A stretch of 63,903 bases of DNA, filler included, from Lama guanicoe (Eukaryota): assembly GCA_013239625.1 (NCBI GenBank). It is 200 parts of 200 records of this genome, joined end to end, with 100 filler letters (N's around TTAATTAATTAA, not from the genome) between each part and the next. Parts side by side here need not be neighbours in the genome. Positions count along the whole stretch, not along the records: positions 49,920 to 50,139 come from PNXV01040444.1; positions 50,240 to 50,459 come from PNXV01040445.1; positions 50,560 to 50,779 come from PNXV01040446.1; positions 50,880 to 51,099 come from PNXV01040447.1; positions 51,200 to 51,419 come from PNXV01040448.1; positions 51,520 to 51,739 come from PNXV01040449.1; positions 51,840 to 52,059 come from PNXV01040450.1; positions 52,160 to 52,379 come from PNXV01040451.1; 192 more parts are not named here. One strand, 5' to 3'. The first letter of the stretch is position 1. Each line of letters begins with the position of its first letter. The notes below the pieces were generated by a model. The model saw only the letters and a program-made list of their open reading frames with translations, had not been told where the DNA came from and made no database searches. Both the position numbers and the translations under genes were made by a program. This document shows, one piece after another, positions 49,990-61,659 of the stretch.

Positions 49990-50133
49990 TTATTTTTTGG
50001 TTTTTTTTTTGGGGGGGGGGAGTAATTAGGTTTGTTGGTTTCTTTATTTTCAGAGGAAGGACTGGGGATTGGACCCAGGACCCTGTGCATGCTGAGCACG
50101 TGCTCTACCACTCGAGCTTTATACCCTCCCTCC
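49990..50133 (-). mobile_element. Near-full-length tRNA-derived SINE, camelid Vic-1-like
   Basis: Minus strand: GGGAGGGTATAAAGCTCGAGTGGTAGAGCACGTGCTCAGCATGCACAGGGTCCTGGGTCCAATCCCCAG...ACCTAATTACT-C10-A10. It has A and B boxes and the characteristic tail. Confidence 0.88.
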
Positions 50134-50239
50134 TTGGGCNNNNNNNNNNNNNNNNNNNNNNNNNNNNNNNNNNNNNNNNNNNNTTAATTAATTAANNNNN
50201 NNNNNNNNNNNNNNNNNNNNNNNNNNNNNNNNNNNNNNN

Positions 50240-50360
50240 CTCAGCCATCTGTTGTCTTCAGAGTCGAGCCCAGTCTCTCTCCCCTACTACAATAGTCTTG
50301 AATAAAGTCTTCCCCTCTGGTTTAACATTTCACAAGTGTCGGAATAATTTCTCTTCAACA
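50240..50360 (+). mobile_element. ERV1-type LTR 3' end (R/U5)
   Basis: gagcccagtctctctccc...caatagtcttgAATAAAgtcttcc...aagtgtcggaataatttctcttcaaCA terminus. Confidence 0.7.
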
Positions 50361-50559
50361 CTGCCCACTCCCCAACTTCTGCCATTTTGTGAGGCCTGAG
50401 ACAGCGGACGTGGAGTGAAGTTCCACGGTCCCGAAGCCTTCGGTCCCTCATGCCCCTGCNNNNNNNNNNNNNNNNNNNNNNNNNNNNNNNNNNNNNNNNN
50501 NNNTTAATTAATTAANNNNNNNNNNNNNNNNNNNNNNNNNNNNNNNNNNNNNNNNNNNN

Positions 50560-50779
50560 CATCAGGAGAGAAAAATACATGTAAGTTTTAAAATCTGTGC
50601 TGCTCATGGTGGAGGAGCTTAGGCCATGGCTACACCTGTACAGTCAGACAGTAAGGAGGTGACAAAAATAAATCAAAAGCACAGAGGCATTTCAAAAAGA
50701 TACAGGAGCCAACATGAAAGAGTTTCCAAGAGGCAAAGAAGCTGAAACAATTCGAACACCAAAATTAATCACATAGTAT
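50560..50779 (+). repeat. Near-duplicate (reverse complement) of contig 29760-29979
   Basis: See the 29760 entry. The 3' part ggagccaacatgaaagag...gctgaaacaatt...caaaattaat resembles an old L1 3' UTR. Confidence 0.95.
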
Positions 50780-51024
50780 NNNNNNNNNNNNNNNNNNNNN
50801 NNNNNNNNNNNNNNNNNNNNNNNTTAATTAATTAANNNNNNNNNNNNNNNNNNNNNNNNNNNNNNNNNNNNNNNNNNNNTATGGCCTTTAAGAAACAGGA
50901 GTGGCCTCCAGAATGGCCTCAGATAAATTAAATTAGATGACAGGGCTTTTGTGAGCCTGGATCACCGAAGGACTAAGTGGGGCAAAGTGCCCTCTTGAAT
51001 CACTGATGGTAAAAATAACTGAAG

Positions 51025-51090
51025 ACCTATATGAGCCAAAAATAAATTGCCTTATGTTAGCCTACTGAAATTTGGGGGCTTATTTGTTAA
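51025..51090. mobile_element. MLT1-type LTR end
   Basis: gagccaaaaataaattgccttatgttagcctactgaaatttgggggcttatttgtta. Confidence 0.6.
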
Positions 51091-51554
51091 AAGAGCCAGN
51101 NNNNNNNNNNNNNNNNNNNNNNNNNNNNNNNNNNNNNNNNNNNTTAATTAATTAANNNNNNNNNNNNNNNNNNNNNNNNNNNNNNNNNNNNNNNNNNNNA
51201 AGGGAAAGCTGTAACAGAGTTCAGCATAGGCAGGAGTGTGATTGAAAGTTGCCTAAGGCCACCTGGGAAATCCAAAATACTGTCAGGACAATGACCTGCA
51301 TCACCTCCCCTCATCATGCTGGGACAGATCCAGTCAAGCCCTCTGGTGATTTGATTTAGTCATAAGTTCTGGTGCCAGTGTTCTGTCATGACATCAAGGG
51401 GTGAATACCAAATTAAAGGNNNNNNNNNNNNNNNNNNNNNNNNNNNNNNNNNNNNNNNNNNNNTTAATTAATTAANNNNNNNNNNNNNNNNNNNNNNNNN
51501 NNNNNNNNNNNNNNNNNNNTCCAGACGTGGGTTTCTACAGACGGGCTGAACTGC

Positions 51555-51680
51555 AGAGCTGGGTTTGAGGTCTAACTGCACTCCTGGCTGTGTGATCTCA
51601 GGCCAGTCACTGCTCTTTCTTGAGCTCCATCTGTGAAATGGGTAAAATCCACCTTGTAGGGTGATTATGAGACAGCACGG
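51555..51680 (+). mobile_element. MIR fragment
   Basis: ctgggtttgagg...ggctgtgtgatctcaggccagtcact...catctgtgaaatggg...tagggtgattatgag. Confidence 0.7.
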
Positions 51681-53439
51681 TGTGATGCAGGTTCACATTC
51701 CTGCAGTGCAGGCTTGTCTCTGGGCAGGTTGTGGGGATGNNNNNNNNNNNNNNNNNNNNNNNNNNNNNNNNNNNNNNNNNNNNTTAATTAATTAANNNNN
51801 NNNNNNNNNNNNNNNNNNNNNNNNNNNNNNNNNNNNNNNAACCAGGCCACAGAATACAAAAAATAAAATGAGCAGTTCTACATGTACACGTCCATGCATT
51901 TTAAGTACTCTGTAATCTTAAAAACAATATTAAGGGAAGGTAGCATTTGGTATCTGAAAATGTACGTACCATTCATCTGCGTACTGTTTGACAGGATGCT
52001 ATTCCACTGTTCTCAGAAATCATTTCTATAAAAAGCCAGTGTCTTAGTCACCTTGGGCTNNNNNNNNNNNNNNNNNNNNNNNNNNNNNNNNNNNNNNNNN
52101 NNNTTAATTAATTAANNNNNNNNNNNNNNNNNNNNNNNNNNNNNNNNNNNNNNNNNNNNTGTCACAGGGACTATGGCAGGAAGAGCAGATTTGAGGGGAA
52201 GTTGTTGAGTGTTACAGGTGCCTCCTGGACTCCTGGAGATGCTGGGAGGGCAGACAGTGTCAGAGCAGGGGTGTGGGATGGAGAGCTGAAGCTGGAAGTT
52301 GTCAGCATATGAGTAGCAGTCATGTCACAGAGATTAACACAAAAACTTCCCGGTGATTTTTCCTGGATTTTAGAATAAANNNNNNNNNNNNNNNNNNNNN
52401 NNNNNNNNNNNNNNNNNNNNNNNTTAATTAATTAANNNNNNNNNNNNNNNNNNNNNNNNNNNNNNNNNNNNNNNNNNNNGATTGGGGATGGAGCGTTAGT
52501 AACCTCCAGACTGGCAGCCCCACTCCCCAGGTGCCACGCTGTTTCTCTAGGGGAGGGGAGGATAATAGCGTTGGTGTTGGCACCCCACCCGTGTCGGGGC
52601 TCAGAGGTCTTGAGTGCCGCATCTCTGGAACCGACTAGTAGGTTCCCTCCTCTGCTGTTCCCCGAAGCCTTGCCTTAGTTGGCAGGGCAGAAGGCCCGTN
52701 NNNNNNNNNNNNNNNNNNNNNNNNNNNNNNNNNNNNNNNNNNNTTAATTAATTAANNNNNNNNNNNNNNNNNNNNNNNNNNNNNNNNNNNNNNNNNNNNG
52801 TTTTGTTATTACAATTATGTAATTTCATTTTCATGCACAGTACTCTAAGGTACCCATTTGTTTAACCAAATCAATGCTCGAAAATTAGAATACAATTTAT
52901 AGTGTCTTACATCAATGAAGACCTTGTTGTGACTTTGAAACAGTGAACACTTGAAGGAAGCCCTTTGAATGGTGGTCCTCTCTTTCCCAGCTCCCGCATC
53001 TAAGATCTCTGGGTAGAGANNNNNNNNNNNNNNNNNNNNNNNNNNNNNNNNNNNNNNNNNNNNTTAATTAATTAANNNNNNNNNNNNNNNNNNNNNNNNN
53101 NNNNNNNNNNNNNNNNNNNTTGTCCCACTGCCATGAGCCAACGGCGGCAGATTCAGGGAAACACGTCCATGTTGGGATTAATGAAGGATTCCGGTGAAGG
53201 GCTTCCAGAAACCCAGCCAGGAGGAGGCCAGGTGCTCACCAGCCAGACCACAGGTGCGGGGGAATCCGCAGGGAGCAGGTGCCTGCGGCCGACCCCGCTG
53301 ATTCCCTGGTTCACAGCACCATCTAGCGTCGCCTTCCATNNNNNNNNNNNNNNNNNNNNNNNNNNNNNNNNNNNNNNNNNNNNTTAATTAATTAANNNNN
53401 NNNNNNNNNNNNNNNNNNNNNNNNNNNNNNNNNNNNNNN

Positions 53440-53659
53440 GTGTGGAGAAAAAGGAACCCTCCTACACTGTTGGTGGGAATGTAATTTGATGCAGTCACTA
53501 TGGAGAACAATAAGGAAATTCCTTTAAAAACTAAAAATAGACTTACCGTCTGATCCAGCAACCCCACTCCTGGGTATATGTCTGGAGAAAACTCTAATTC
53601 AAAAAGATATATGCAGCCCAATGTTCATAGCAGCACTATTTACAATAGCCAAGACATGG
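53440..53659 (+). mobile_element. L1 ORF2 C-terminal (Cys-rich region) fragment
   Basis: gtgtggagaaaaaggaaccctcctacactgttggtgggaatgta...gatccagcaaccccactcctgggtata...ccaatgttcatagcagcactatttacaatagccaagacatgg. Confidence 0.93.
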
Positions 53660-55429
53660 NNNNNNNNNNNNNNNNNNNNNNNNNNNNNNNNNNNNNNNNN
53701 NNNTTAATTAATTAANNNNNNNNNNNNNNNNNNNNNNNNNNNNNNNNNNNNNNNNNNNNTTTTTCCCCTATTGAGGTAATAACTTTACTCCTTGCTCAGT
53801 GATCTGTGCTTTTCCTTATGCAATATGTCTGAGAGAAATTTCCATATTAGTCTCTAATTTCTAATTGCCCCTGTCTTTCCAATACCTGGAGAGATTTACA
53901 GGGCACTGAGCCAAAGCTTTGGTGTTACCTGGCATAAGATTTCTTTATTTGCTGATAATTATACATTTTTGCCATTTTTNNNNNNNNNNNNNNNNNNNNN
54001 NNNNNNNNNNNNNNNNNNNNNNNTTAATTAATTAANNNNNNNNNNNNNNNNNNNNNNNNNNNNNNNNNNNNNNNNNNNNTATGTGTATATGTATGTATTT
54101 TTATGTGTGTATTTTTAGGGCCCAGGGCAGGCACTTCTGAAAATGCCTTGATGACATATTATTTTGAATTCATGTTACTGAAGAAAACACATCTTTGAAA
54201 GCTGTGCAAGCACTTTGGTGGGATCAGCTCTAAGGACCAGCACTGCTGGGGAAGGGATGCACCTGTGGCCCTTTGATGTGTCCTGCTCACTGTTCCCCCN
54301 NNNNNNNNNNNNNNNNNNNNNNNNNNNNNNNNNNNNNNNNNNNTTAATTAATTAANNNNNNNNNNNNNNNNNNNNNNNNNNNNNNNNNNNNNNNNNNNNG
54401 CCTAATATTCATTTTACTTTTGATATTGATTGTTTGCTGATTGTCTGCCAGATGCCACTTGAGGGGCCCTGGACCTGGCAGGAAACAAGACGGGCTCGGT
54501 CTCTGTCGTCATGTTGCTGACAGCCGGCGAGAGCCCCAAGTTGCAAGGTGGTTCTGATGACAGACGTGGCGATCATTCTGTAAATGGGTGTCTTAACTGC
54601 ACAATCCCTTTTGCTAACANNNNNNNNNNNNNNNNNNNNNNNNNNNNNNNNNNNNNNNNNNNNTTAATTAATTAANNNNNNNNNNNNNNNNNNNNNNNNN
54701 NNNNNNNNNNNNNNNNNNNTTGCCCAGGATCAAGCTTTACTAATAACATGAATGAAACAGGTCAGTGCAAGGTTCAGGTAGAGCAATGAGTCGTCTGAGA
54801 CTAACGCAGCCCGCCGGCCCTTTGCTACCACGTCGAGACGCTCTCGTGCCCATATGAACACAGGAAACCTGTGCCACAGGTGTGGCCACGTCACCTACAC
54901 GGGAGAGAGTCACTGGGAAGGAGTTTCATATTTATATTCNNNNNNNNNNNNNNNNNNNNNNNNNNNNNNNNNNNNNNNNNNNNTTAATTAATTAANNNNN
55001 NNNNNNNNNNNNNNNNNNNNNNNNNNNNNNNNNNNNNNNAATTTATAAGCTTAGTTTTTGGATAATGCCTCAGCAAAAGTAAGAAAGATAGAACAAACTA
55101 CAAGTGAGAAAACCCAAGGGAGCTAAAAAATGAGCATTTTGTGGTGCCATCGCTTTTAGAAAATTCTATAATGCAGAGCAAATTAGGGCTGCTTGACCAG
55201 TTTTTTTCACTGGGTGGAGTGAAGGAAGAGATGGCTCTGGCTAATTTAGCCCAGGCCCTNNNNNNNNNNNNNNNNNNNNNNNNNNNNNNNNNNNNNNNNN
55301 NNNTTAATTAATTAANNNNNNNNNNNNNNNNNNNNNNNNNNNNNNNNNNNNNNNNNNNNCACTCCTGCTGCAGTTTGGAACGATTGCCGTCTGGACCTAT
55401 TTTATTCCCATTATTCCTGGCTTTGCTCT

Positions 55430-55579
55430 GATGCCCAGTTAGCTTGAGTCCTCTGTTTCCAGGAGGCCAAGCCTGTCTTTATTGGTTATTCTTTTGTTTG
55501 GCTGGAGCACACGTCCAACTACCTTCCTAATAACAGTACTCGGGAAGCCAATCTTTCCAGGCCTTGTGCATCTGAAAAC
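55430..55579 (-). mobile_element. HAL1/L1ME-like fragment
   Basis: tttggctggagcacacgtccaactaccttcct...ggccttgtgcatctgaaaa. Confidence 0.5.
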
Positions 55580-55999
55580 NNNNNNNNNNNNNNNNNNNNN
55601 NNNNNNNNNNNNNNNNNNNNNNNTTAATTAATTAANNNNNNNNNNNNNNNNNNNNNNNNNNNNNNNNNNNNNNNNNNNNAAGTCTAAGACTGCAAGATCT
55701 GAGATGTGATTCTCTCTTCAGTACCTGACCAATGGTCATCTTGCTACTTCCTAGAACAGACACTAGTAATTCTGTCGCCTTAATTTTAAATTTCTTTTGA
55801 AAAGCAATAAGAGGAATAAGATTTGCAAGAAGAGGAAAGATTTCCAATACATGTCATCTTTAGCTTCCTTTGGAGTGAACTGCATTAGCCATAACTGGCN
55901 NNNNNNNNNNNNNNNNNNNNNNNNNNNNNNNNNNNNNNNNNNNTTAATTAATTAANNNNNNNNNNNNNNNNNNNNNNNNNNNNNNNNNNNNNNNNNNNN

Positions 56000-56040
56000 T
56001 CTTAATCTCCTTAGCCTCAGTTTCCCCATCTGAAAAACTG
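56000..56040 (+). mobile_element. MIR core fragment
   Basis: cttaatctccttagcctcagtttccccatctgaaaaa. Confidence 0.7.
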
Positions 56041-56319
56041 AATTCGTCTGGGTCACATCACGGTGGAGACCAAATGACGTTTGACACCCAAAAGCCTACA
56101 GTGACATGTGAGACATCACTAATGTAGGTTCTCAGTTAGATTTGGGGAGCGATTAAATTATCAAGGGCAGTAGCTGAAAACACCAGTAGTGTGGCCCTGA
56201 TACCTGCTGAAGTCTCTAGNNNNNNNNNNNNNNNNNNNNNNNNNNNNNNNNNNNNNNNNNNNNTTAATTAATTAANNNNNNNNNNNNNNNNNNNNNNNNN
56301 NNNNNNNNNNNNNNNNNNN

Positions 56320-56539
56320 CGACAAATTCAGTAAGGTTTCAAGTTACAAAATAAGTTCTTAGATCTAACCGTTTTTAATGGATCCCTTAGTATTTTCTAC
56401 GTACGCGTCTATCTGCAGCATAATGTCACCTGCCAATGGAAACGGTCTTGCTGCTTCCTGTCAACATGGACGACTTTTATTTCATTTTCCCACGTAAGTG
56501 TCCTGGCCGGAGCCTCCAGTACAGCACAGAGCGGGAAGA
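56320..56539 (-). mobile_element. L1 ORF2 RT fragment with locally inverted segment
   Basis: The minus strand reads PLAGDIML...YVENTKGS (decayed FADDMI..YxENPKES). Plus strand 56323-56352 reads KFSKVSSYKI. Confidence 0.75.
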
Positions 56540-57279
56540 NNNNNNNNNNNNNNNNNNNNNNNNNNNNNNNNNNNNNNNNNNNNTTAATTAATTAANNNNN
56601 NNNNNNNNNNNNNNNNNNNNNNNNNNNNNNNNNNNNNNNGGCATCTTTTCAGACACTGAGGTGATTCCAACTGTTTCTGTAAAGTAACACTGCATTCAGC
56701 CAGACTTCCTTGTAGGGTACAGTTTAATCAGTAAATCCTATTAATGTGCTAATTTTAGTTTATTAATACAAAATTTCAGTAATGCTTAGTACCTCACTTA
56801 GGTGATCTTTAATAATTAATCCTTTGCTGTATATGCAAATGAGAATATATGGAATTATGNNNNNNNNNNNNNNNNNNNNNNNNNNNNNNNNNNNNNNNNN
56901 NNNTTAATTAATTAANNNNNNNNNNNNNNNNNNNNNNNNNNNNNNNNNNNNNNNNNNNNGTTCCTTAAGAGCCACCTGTGACTGTGTGTGTGTCTTTCTT
57001 CCTGGCACGGTACTTGGCCAGAGCAAATGCTTGCTATTTATTATTAACTCTTTAGTAACATGGTTTAAGTTAAGCAAAGAACAAGATTACTACCCAAAGC
57101 TAGTCATCAAACTTCCTGACTATTCTCAAGGGGGGGAGTGGAGAAGACTAATTTGTCTCGGTGTCACTTGCAGTGGATCNNNNNNNNNNNNNNNNNNNNN
57201 NNNNNNNNNNNNNNNNNNNNNNNTTAATTAATTAANNNNNNNNNNNNNNNNNNNNNNNNNNNNNNNNNNNNNNNNNNNN

Positions 57280-57499
57280 TAAAATTGTCATTATATGTGG
57301 ATGACATAATACTATATATAGAAATCCCTGAAGACTCCACACAATCACTATTAGAGCTGATAAAAGAATTCAGCAAGACAGCAGAATACAAGATTAACAT
57401 ACAAAGATCAGTTGCATTTTTTTACACTAATGATGAATTAGTAGGAAAAGAAAGTAAAGAAACAATTTCTTTTAAAATTGCATCCAAAACAATAAAATA
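57280..57499 (+). mobile_element. L1 ORF2 RT catalytic-motif fragment, open frame
   Basis: KLSLYVDDIILYIEIPEDSTQSLLELIKEFSKTAEYKINIQRSVAF, similar to L1 KLSLFADDMILYIENPKDSTxKLLELINEFSKVAGYKINIQKSVAF. Confidence 0.95.
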
Positions 57500-58879
57500 N
57501 NNNNNNNNNNNNNNNNNNNNNNNNNNNNNNNNNNNNNNNNNNNTTAATTAATTAANNNNNNNNNNNNNNNNNNNNNNNNNNNNNNNNNNNNNNNNNNNNG
57601 GGGGTCGTCGTCATCCGGGAGCAGTGAGAGCAGCGGTGGGGAGGGCCCCGCTGCTGTACTGGGCACATGCTCAGATCTGGCTCCCGCGGGCTCCGGGACG
57701 CTCGTCATCATTTGGAGGGGGCGGGGTAAAATCAGAGTTGAAATTTTGGAAAGATGACCAGCAGCAGAATAGGATGAATTGGGTAAAAGAGAGCCTATAT
57801 CGCAATCTGTCGTGATTAGNNNNNNNNNNNNNNNNNNNNNNNNNNNNNNNNNNNNNNNNNNNNTTAATTAATTAANNNNNNNNNNNNNNNNNNNNNNNNN
57901 NNNNNNNNNNNNNNNNNNNAGTCATCACTGGAAGACTGGCTGTGCCAGGTGGGCTTGTAAGAACCATGTTACGTGTACAGCTGATAGGCAGCTTCTAGCA
58001 AACAGGTCCCCGCCGCTTCAGCTAAAGCAGGAAAGAGGAAGAGGGGCTGAGTAAATCCTCAAGTATGCTGACTGTTTTCTGCATTCAGAAGATCAGAGAA
58101 ACCAAGGAGAACCCCCAAGTGGGTTCTATCCAGTGAGATNNNNNNNNNNNNNNNNNNNNNNNNNNNNNNNNNNNNNNNNNNNNTTAATTAATTAANNNNN
58201 NNNNNNNNNNNNNNNNNNNNNNNNNNNNNNNNNNNNNNNCTTCTGCTCAGCATTGTTTTTGAGGTTCATTCATGTTGTGAGTATCAATTTTTTTTTTATT
58301 GTTGCTGTTGTTAACTGAGTGCTATTCTGGTATATAAATAATCCTCAGTTTTTAATTTATTCTACTTCCTAAAACGGTTACAAAGGATTGGTAAATATTT
58401 GATAGGTTTTACCAGTGTAGCTAACTGGACCTAGGCTTTTTTATGCTGAAAGATTTAAANNNNNNNNNNNNNNNNNNNNNNNNNNNNNNNNNNNNNNNNN
58501 NNNTTAATTAATTAANNNNNNNNNNNNNNNNNNNNNNNNNNNNNNNNNNNNNNNNNNNNAGTAACTGTCTGGGCCACTCCTGATCCTGTGGGAAAAATCA
58601 GAAAACAGTGCTGAAGTAGTGAGTAGAATAATGAGACTAATTTAGGTCCCAAAGAAGAGCCAAATTGAATCATGATATGCAAGCTTTTCTCCAATCTTCC
58701 TTTCCTCCCCAAGTCCCTGTGAAGTACAGCCTGCAATCCATTCAACCTGAACATTCCCACCCATTTTGGAAGCATCCTTNNNNNNNNNNNNNNNNNNNNN
58801 NNNNNNNNNNNNNNNNNNNNNNNTTAATTAATTAANNNNNNNNNNNNNNNNNNNNNNNNNNNNNNNNNNNNNNNNNNNN

Positions 58880-59099
58880 AAAGACCTCTGCTCTGTGAAA
58901 GAGCATGGTAAGGGAATGAGAAGAAAAGCCACAGAGTGGGAAAAACTATTTGCAAAAGACACATCTGATAGAAAGACTCTTATCCAAAACATACAAAGGA
59001 CTCTTAAAACTCAGCAAGAAGAAACAAAGACCTTAATGGACACCTCACTGAAGAAGATATACAGATAGTGAATAAACATATGAAAAGGGGCTTCACATC
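58880..59099 (+). mobile_element. L1 ORF2 fragment
   Basis: ctctgctctgtgaaaga...gaatgagaagaaaagccacagagtgggaaaaactatttgcaaaagacacatctgata...cacctcactgaagaagatatacagat. Confidence 0.85.
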
Positions 59100-61439
59100 N
59101 NNNNNNNNNNNNNNNNNNNNNNNNNNNNNNNNNNNNNNNNNNNTTAATTAATTAANNNNNNNNNNNNNNNNNNNNNNNNNNNNNNNNNNNNNNNNNNNNT
59201 GTCTGCCATGCAGGGAGGCCACTTTTGGACTTGGATCCTAGAGAAAACATATTTGGGTTTCCTGATTTGTTCAATGAAGAAACACGGGTCACAAAGATCT
59301 GCTCTCAGTGGTGTTTTCTTCCAGGACATGAGCTCATGAAACAAGGTGAATATTTCATGTCCCTGCCTCTGGTCAGGCCATGCTGACTGCTGGTTACCAA
59401 TGAGACGATACGCTACCAGNNNNNNNNNNNNNNNNNNNNNNNNNNNNNNNNNNNNNNNNNNNNTTAATTAATTAANNNNNNNNNNNNNNNNNNNNNNNNN
59501 NNNNNNNNNNNNNNNNNNNCTGGAACTATTTGAGAATCCCAAATAAAACCCAATGTGTGTTTTTTTCACAGGTGTAATATTTAAATGTGGCATTTTCCAG
59601 GAAGATGTTACAAATTATGGTGATTAGCTGTTCTTCATGGCTTATAATTCAGGGCACCTCAGCTACTATATAATTTGTAGCTAAATTTACTTATAAATAT
59701 ATGACCTCATACAAGCATATGTATGAGAACTAAACAAGCNNNNNNNNNNNNNNNNNNNNNNNNNNNNNNNNNNNNNNNNNNNNTTAATTAATTAANNNNN
59801 NNNNNNNNNNNNNNNNNNNNNNNNNNNNNNNNNNNNNNNAACTAAATGGCCAGTATGGATGTGATTTCAAACAAGCTTCTGTCTTGTCAAGAACTTAAAT
59901 TTTCTGAACTGTATCAGACTCGAGGACACTCTAGCCACTCTCAAAACAACCGTGACCTTGTGGTGGCAATATCTCCTTAGATCTCCTCATCATGAGCCCA
60001 GGAGGAACCCACGTCTATGTAAGGTAAGAACACTTTCTACTACAACAGATCAGGTACAANNNNNNNNNNNNNNNNNNNNNNNNNNNNNNNNNNNNNNNNN
60101 NNNTTAATTAATTAANNNNNNNNNNNNNNNNNNNNNNNNNNNNNNNNNNNNNNNNNNNNTAGGAATTAGAATATCTGGGTGGGGTGATCATGAAAGATTT
60201 CGTGGAGCAAATAACACTTAAGTTTTGCCTTTAGAGCCCAGATAATTTATCTTGTTCATTTTACCTCTACCTGTTCCAGAGCCCTGAATCCTAGGTGATT
60301 TGTACTGCAGACTTTCACATTGGAAAGGATCCGGGCCAGCTCTGTTAACAGATGCCTCCCAGCTCTTTGGCCCACACAANNNNNNNNNNNNNNNNNNNNN
60401 NNNNNNNNNNNNNNNNNNNNNNNTTAATTAATTAANNNNNNNNNNNNNNNNNNNNNNNNNNNNNNNNNNNNNNNNNNNNGACACCAAGGACTTGTGATGA
60501 TTTCCTCAGAGACATCTTACCTGATTGAGGTGGGGAAACACTTCCTCATAGTTGGGGGAATGAGATGGGGAGTATTGTGGGGACAGTGTGACTTAACAAC
60601 TTGCCTAGCTTCTTTATTCATCAAACTTGTTGTTATTTGGTGTGAGGTGTGGGGATACAAATGAATCTTCTCTTTAGCTTTAAACTCTTTGACACTTCAN
60701 NNNNNNNNNNNNNNNNNNNNNNNNNNNNNNNNNNNNNNNNNNNTTAATTAATTAANNNNNNNNNNNNNNNNNNNNNNNNNNNNNNNNNNNNNNNNNNNNG
60801 TACAGTGAATATATTAGAGTAACGCCATCCAACCTGAAAAGTTGAATGCATTTCTATTGTTGCTCTATGCTCTAAAGGAAAACATACACAATTTCTCTGA
60901 GTCTCACTTTCTGCATTTGTAGAATTGGAAACCCTTTCTAGTATTAAATGGACTAAAGGAAACAATGTACGGCCAGTTCCAAGCCCACTGCTAGACATAA
61001 GTTAGCAGGAAAATGTTACNNNNNNNNNNNNNNNNNNNNNNNNNNNNNNNNNNNNNNNNNNNNTTAATTAATTAANNNNNNNNNNNNNNNNNNNNNNNNN
61101 NNNNNNNNNNNNNNNNNNNAGGATACTTTCTACCGCTGATCTTCTATCTCACTATGTGCTCCACTGGATACTAGGTATTATTTTCTTAGCTCAATTAATC
61201 TCATTACCTCAAGAATTTTAATTAACTTTTCTTAAGTCAATGCAGGCTTCCCTTGTTGAGCAGGACTGTTTGGAGACATACAGTAAAAACTAAAACTAGG
61301 TTGTTAAGTCTCCAGCCTCATTAAAAGTGCAAAAAAAAANNNNNNNNNNNNNNNNNNNNNNNNNNNNNNNNNNNNNNNNNNNNTTAATTAATTAANNNNN
61401 NNNNNNNNNNNNNNNNNNNNNNNNNNNNNNNNNNNNNNN

Positions 61440-61659
61440 CTCAAATGTTCTATTAAAACCCTCTAGCAAATTTTTCATTTGTTACTGTGCTTTTTAAGTT
61501 GGTAATGTCTATTTGGTTCTTTTTTAAATTTTTGATCTACTTATTGATTTTTCTATTTGGTAAGACATTGTTTCATGCTTTATTTCTTTATTCCTAGCTT
61601 CCTTAGTTCTTTAAACATAATTATAATAGCTGATTTAAAGAATTTATTAAATAAATCCC
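61440..61659 (-). mobile_element. Old L1 5'/ORF1-region fragment
   Basis: ctcaaatgttctattaaaaccctctagcaaatttttcattt...tctatttggttctttttt...ttataatagctgatttaaag. Confidence 0.7.

Noticed and set aside
50055..50131. tRNA gene
   Set aside because: The tRNA-like head is followed by a SINE tail and has a degraded cloverleaf, so it is a SINE.
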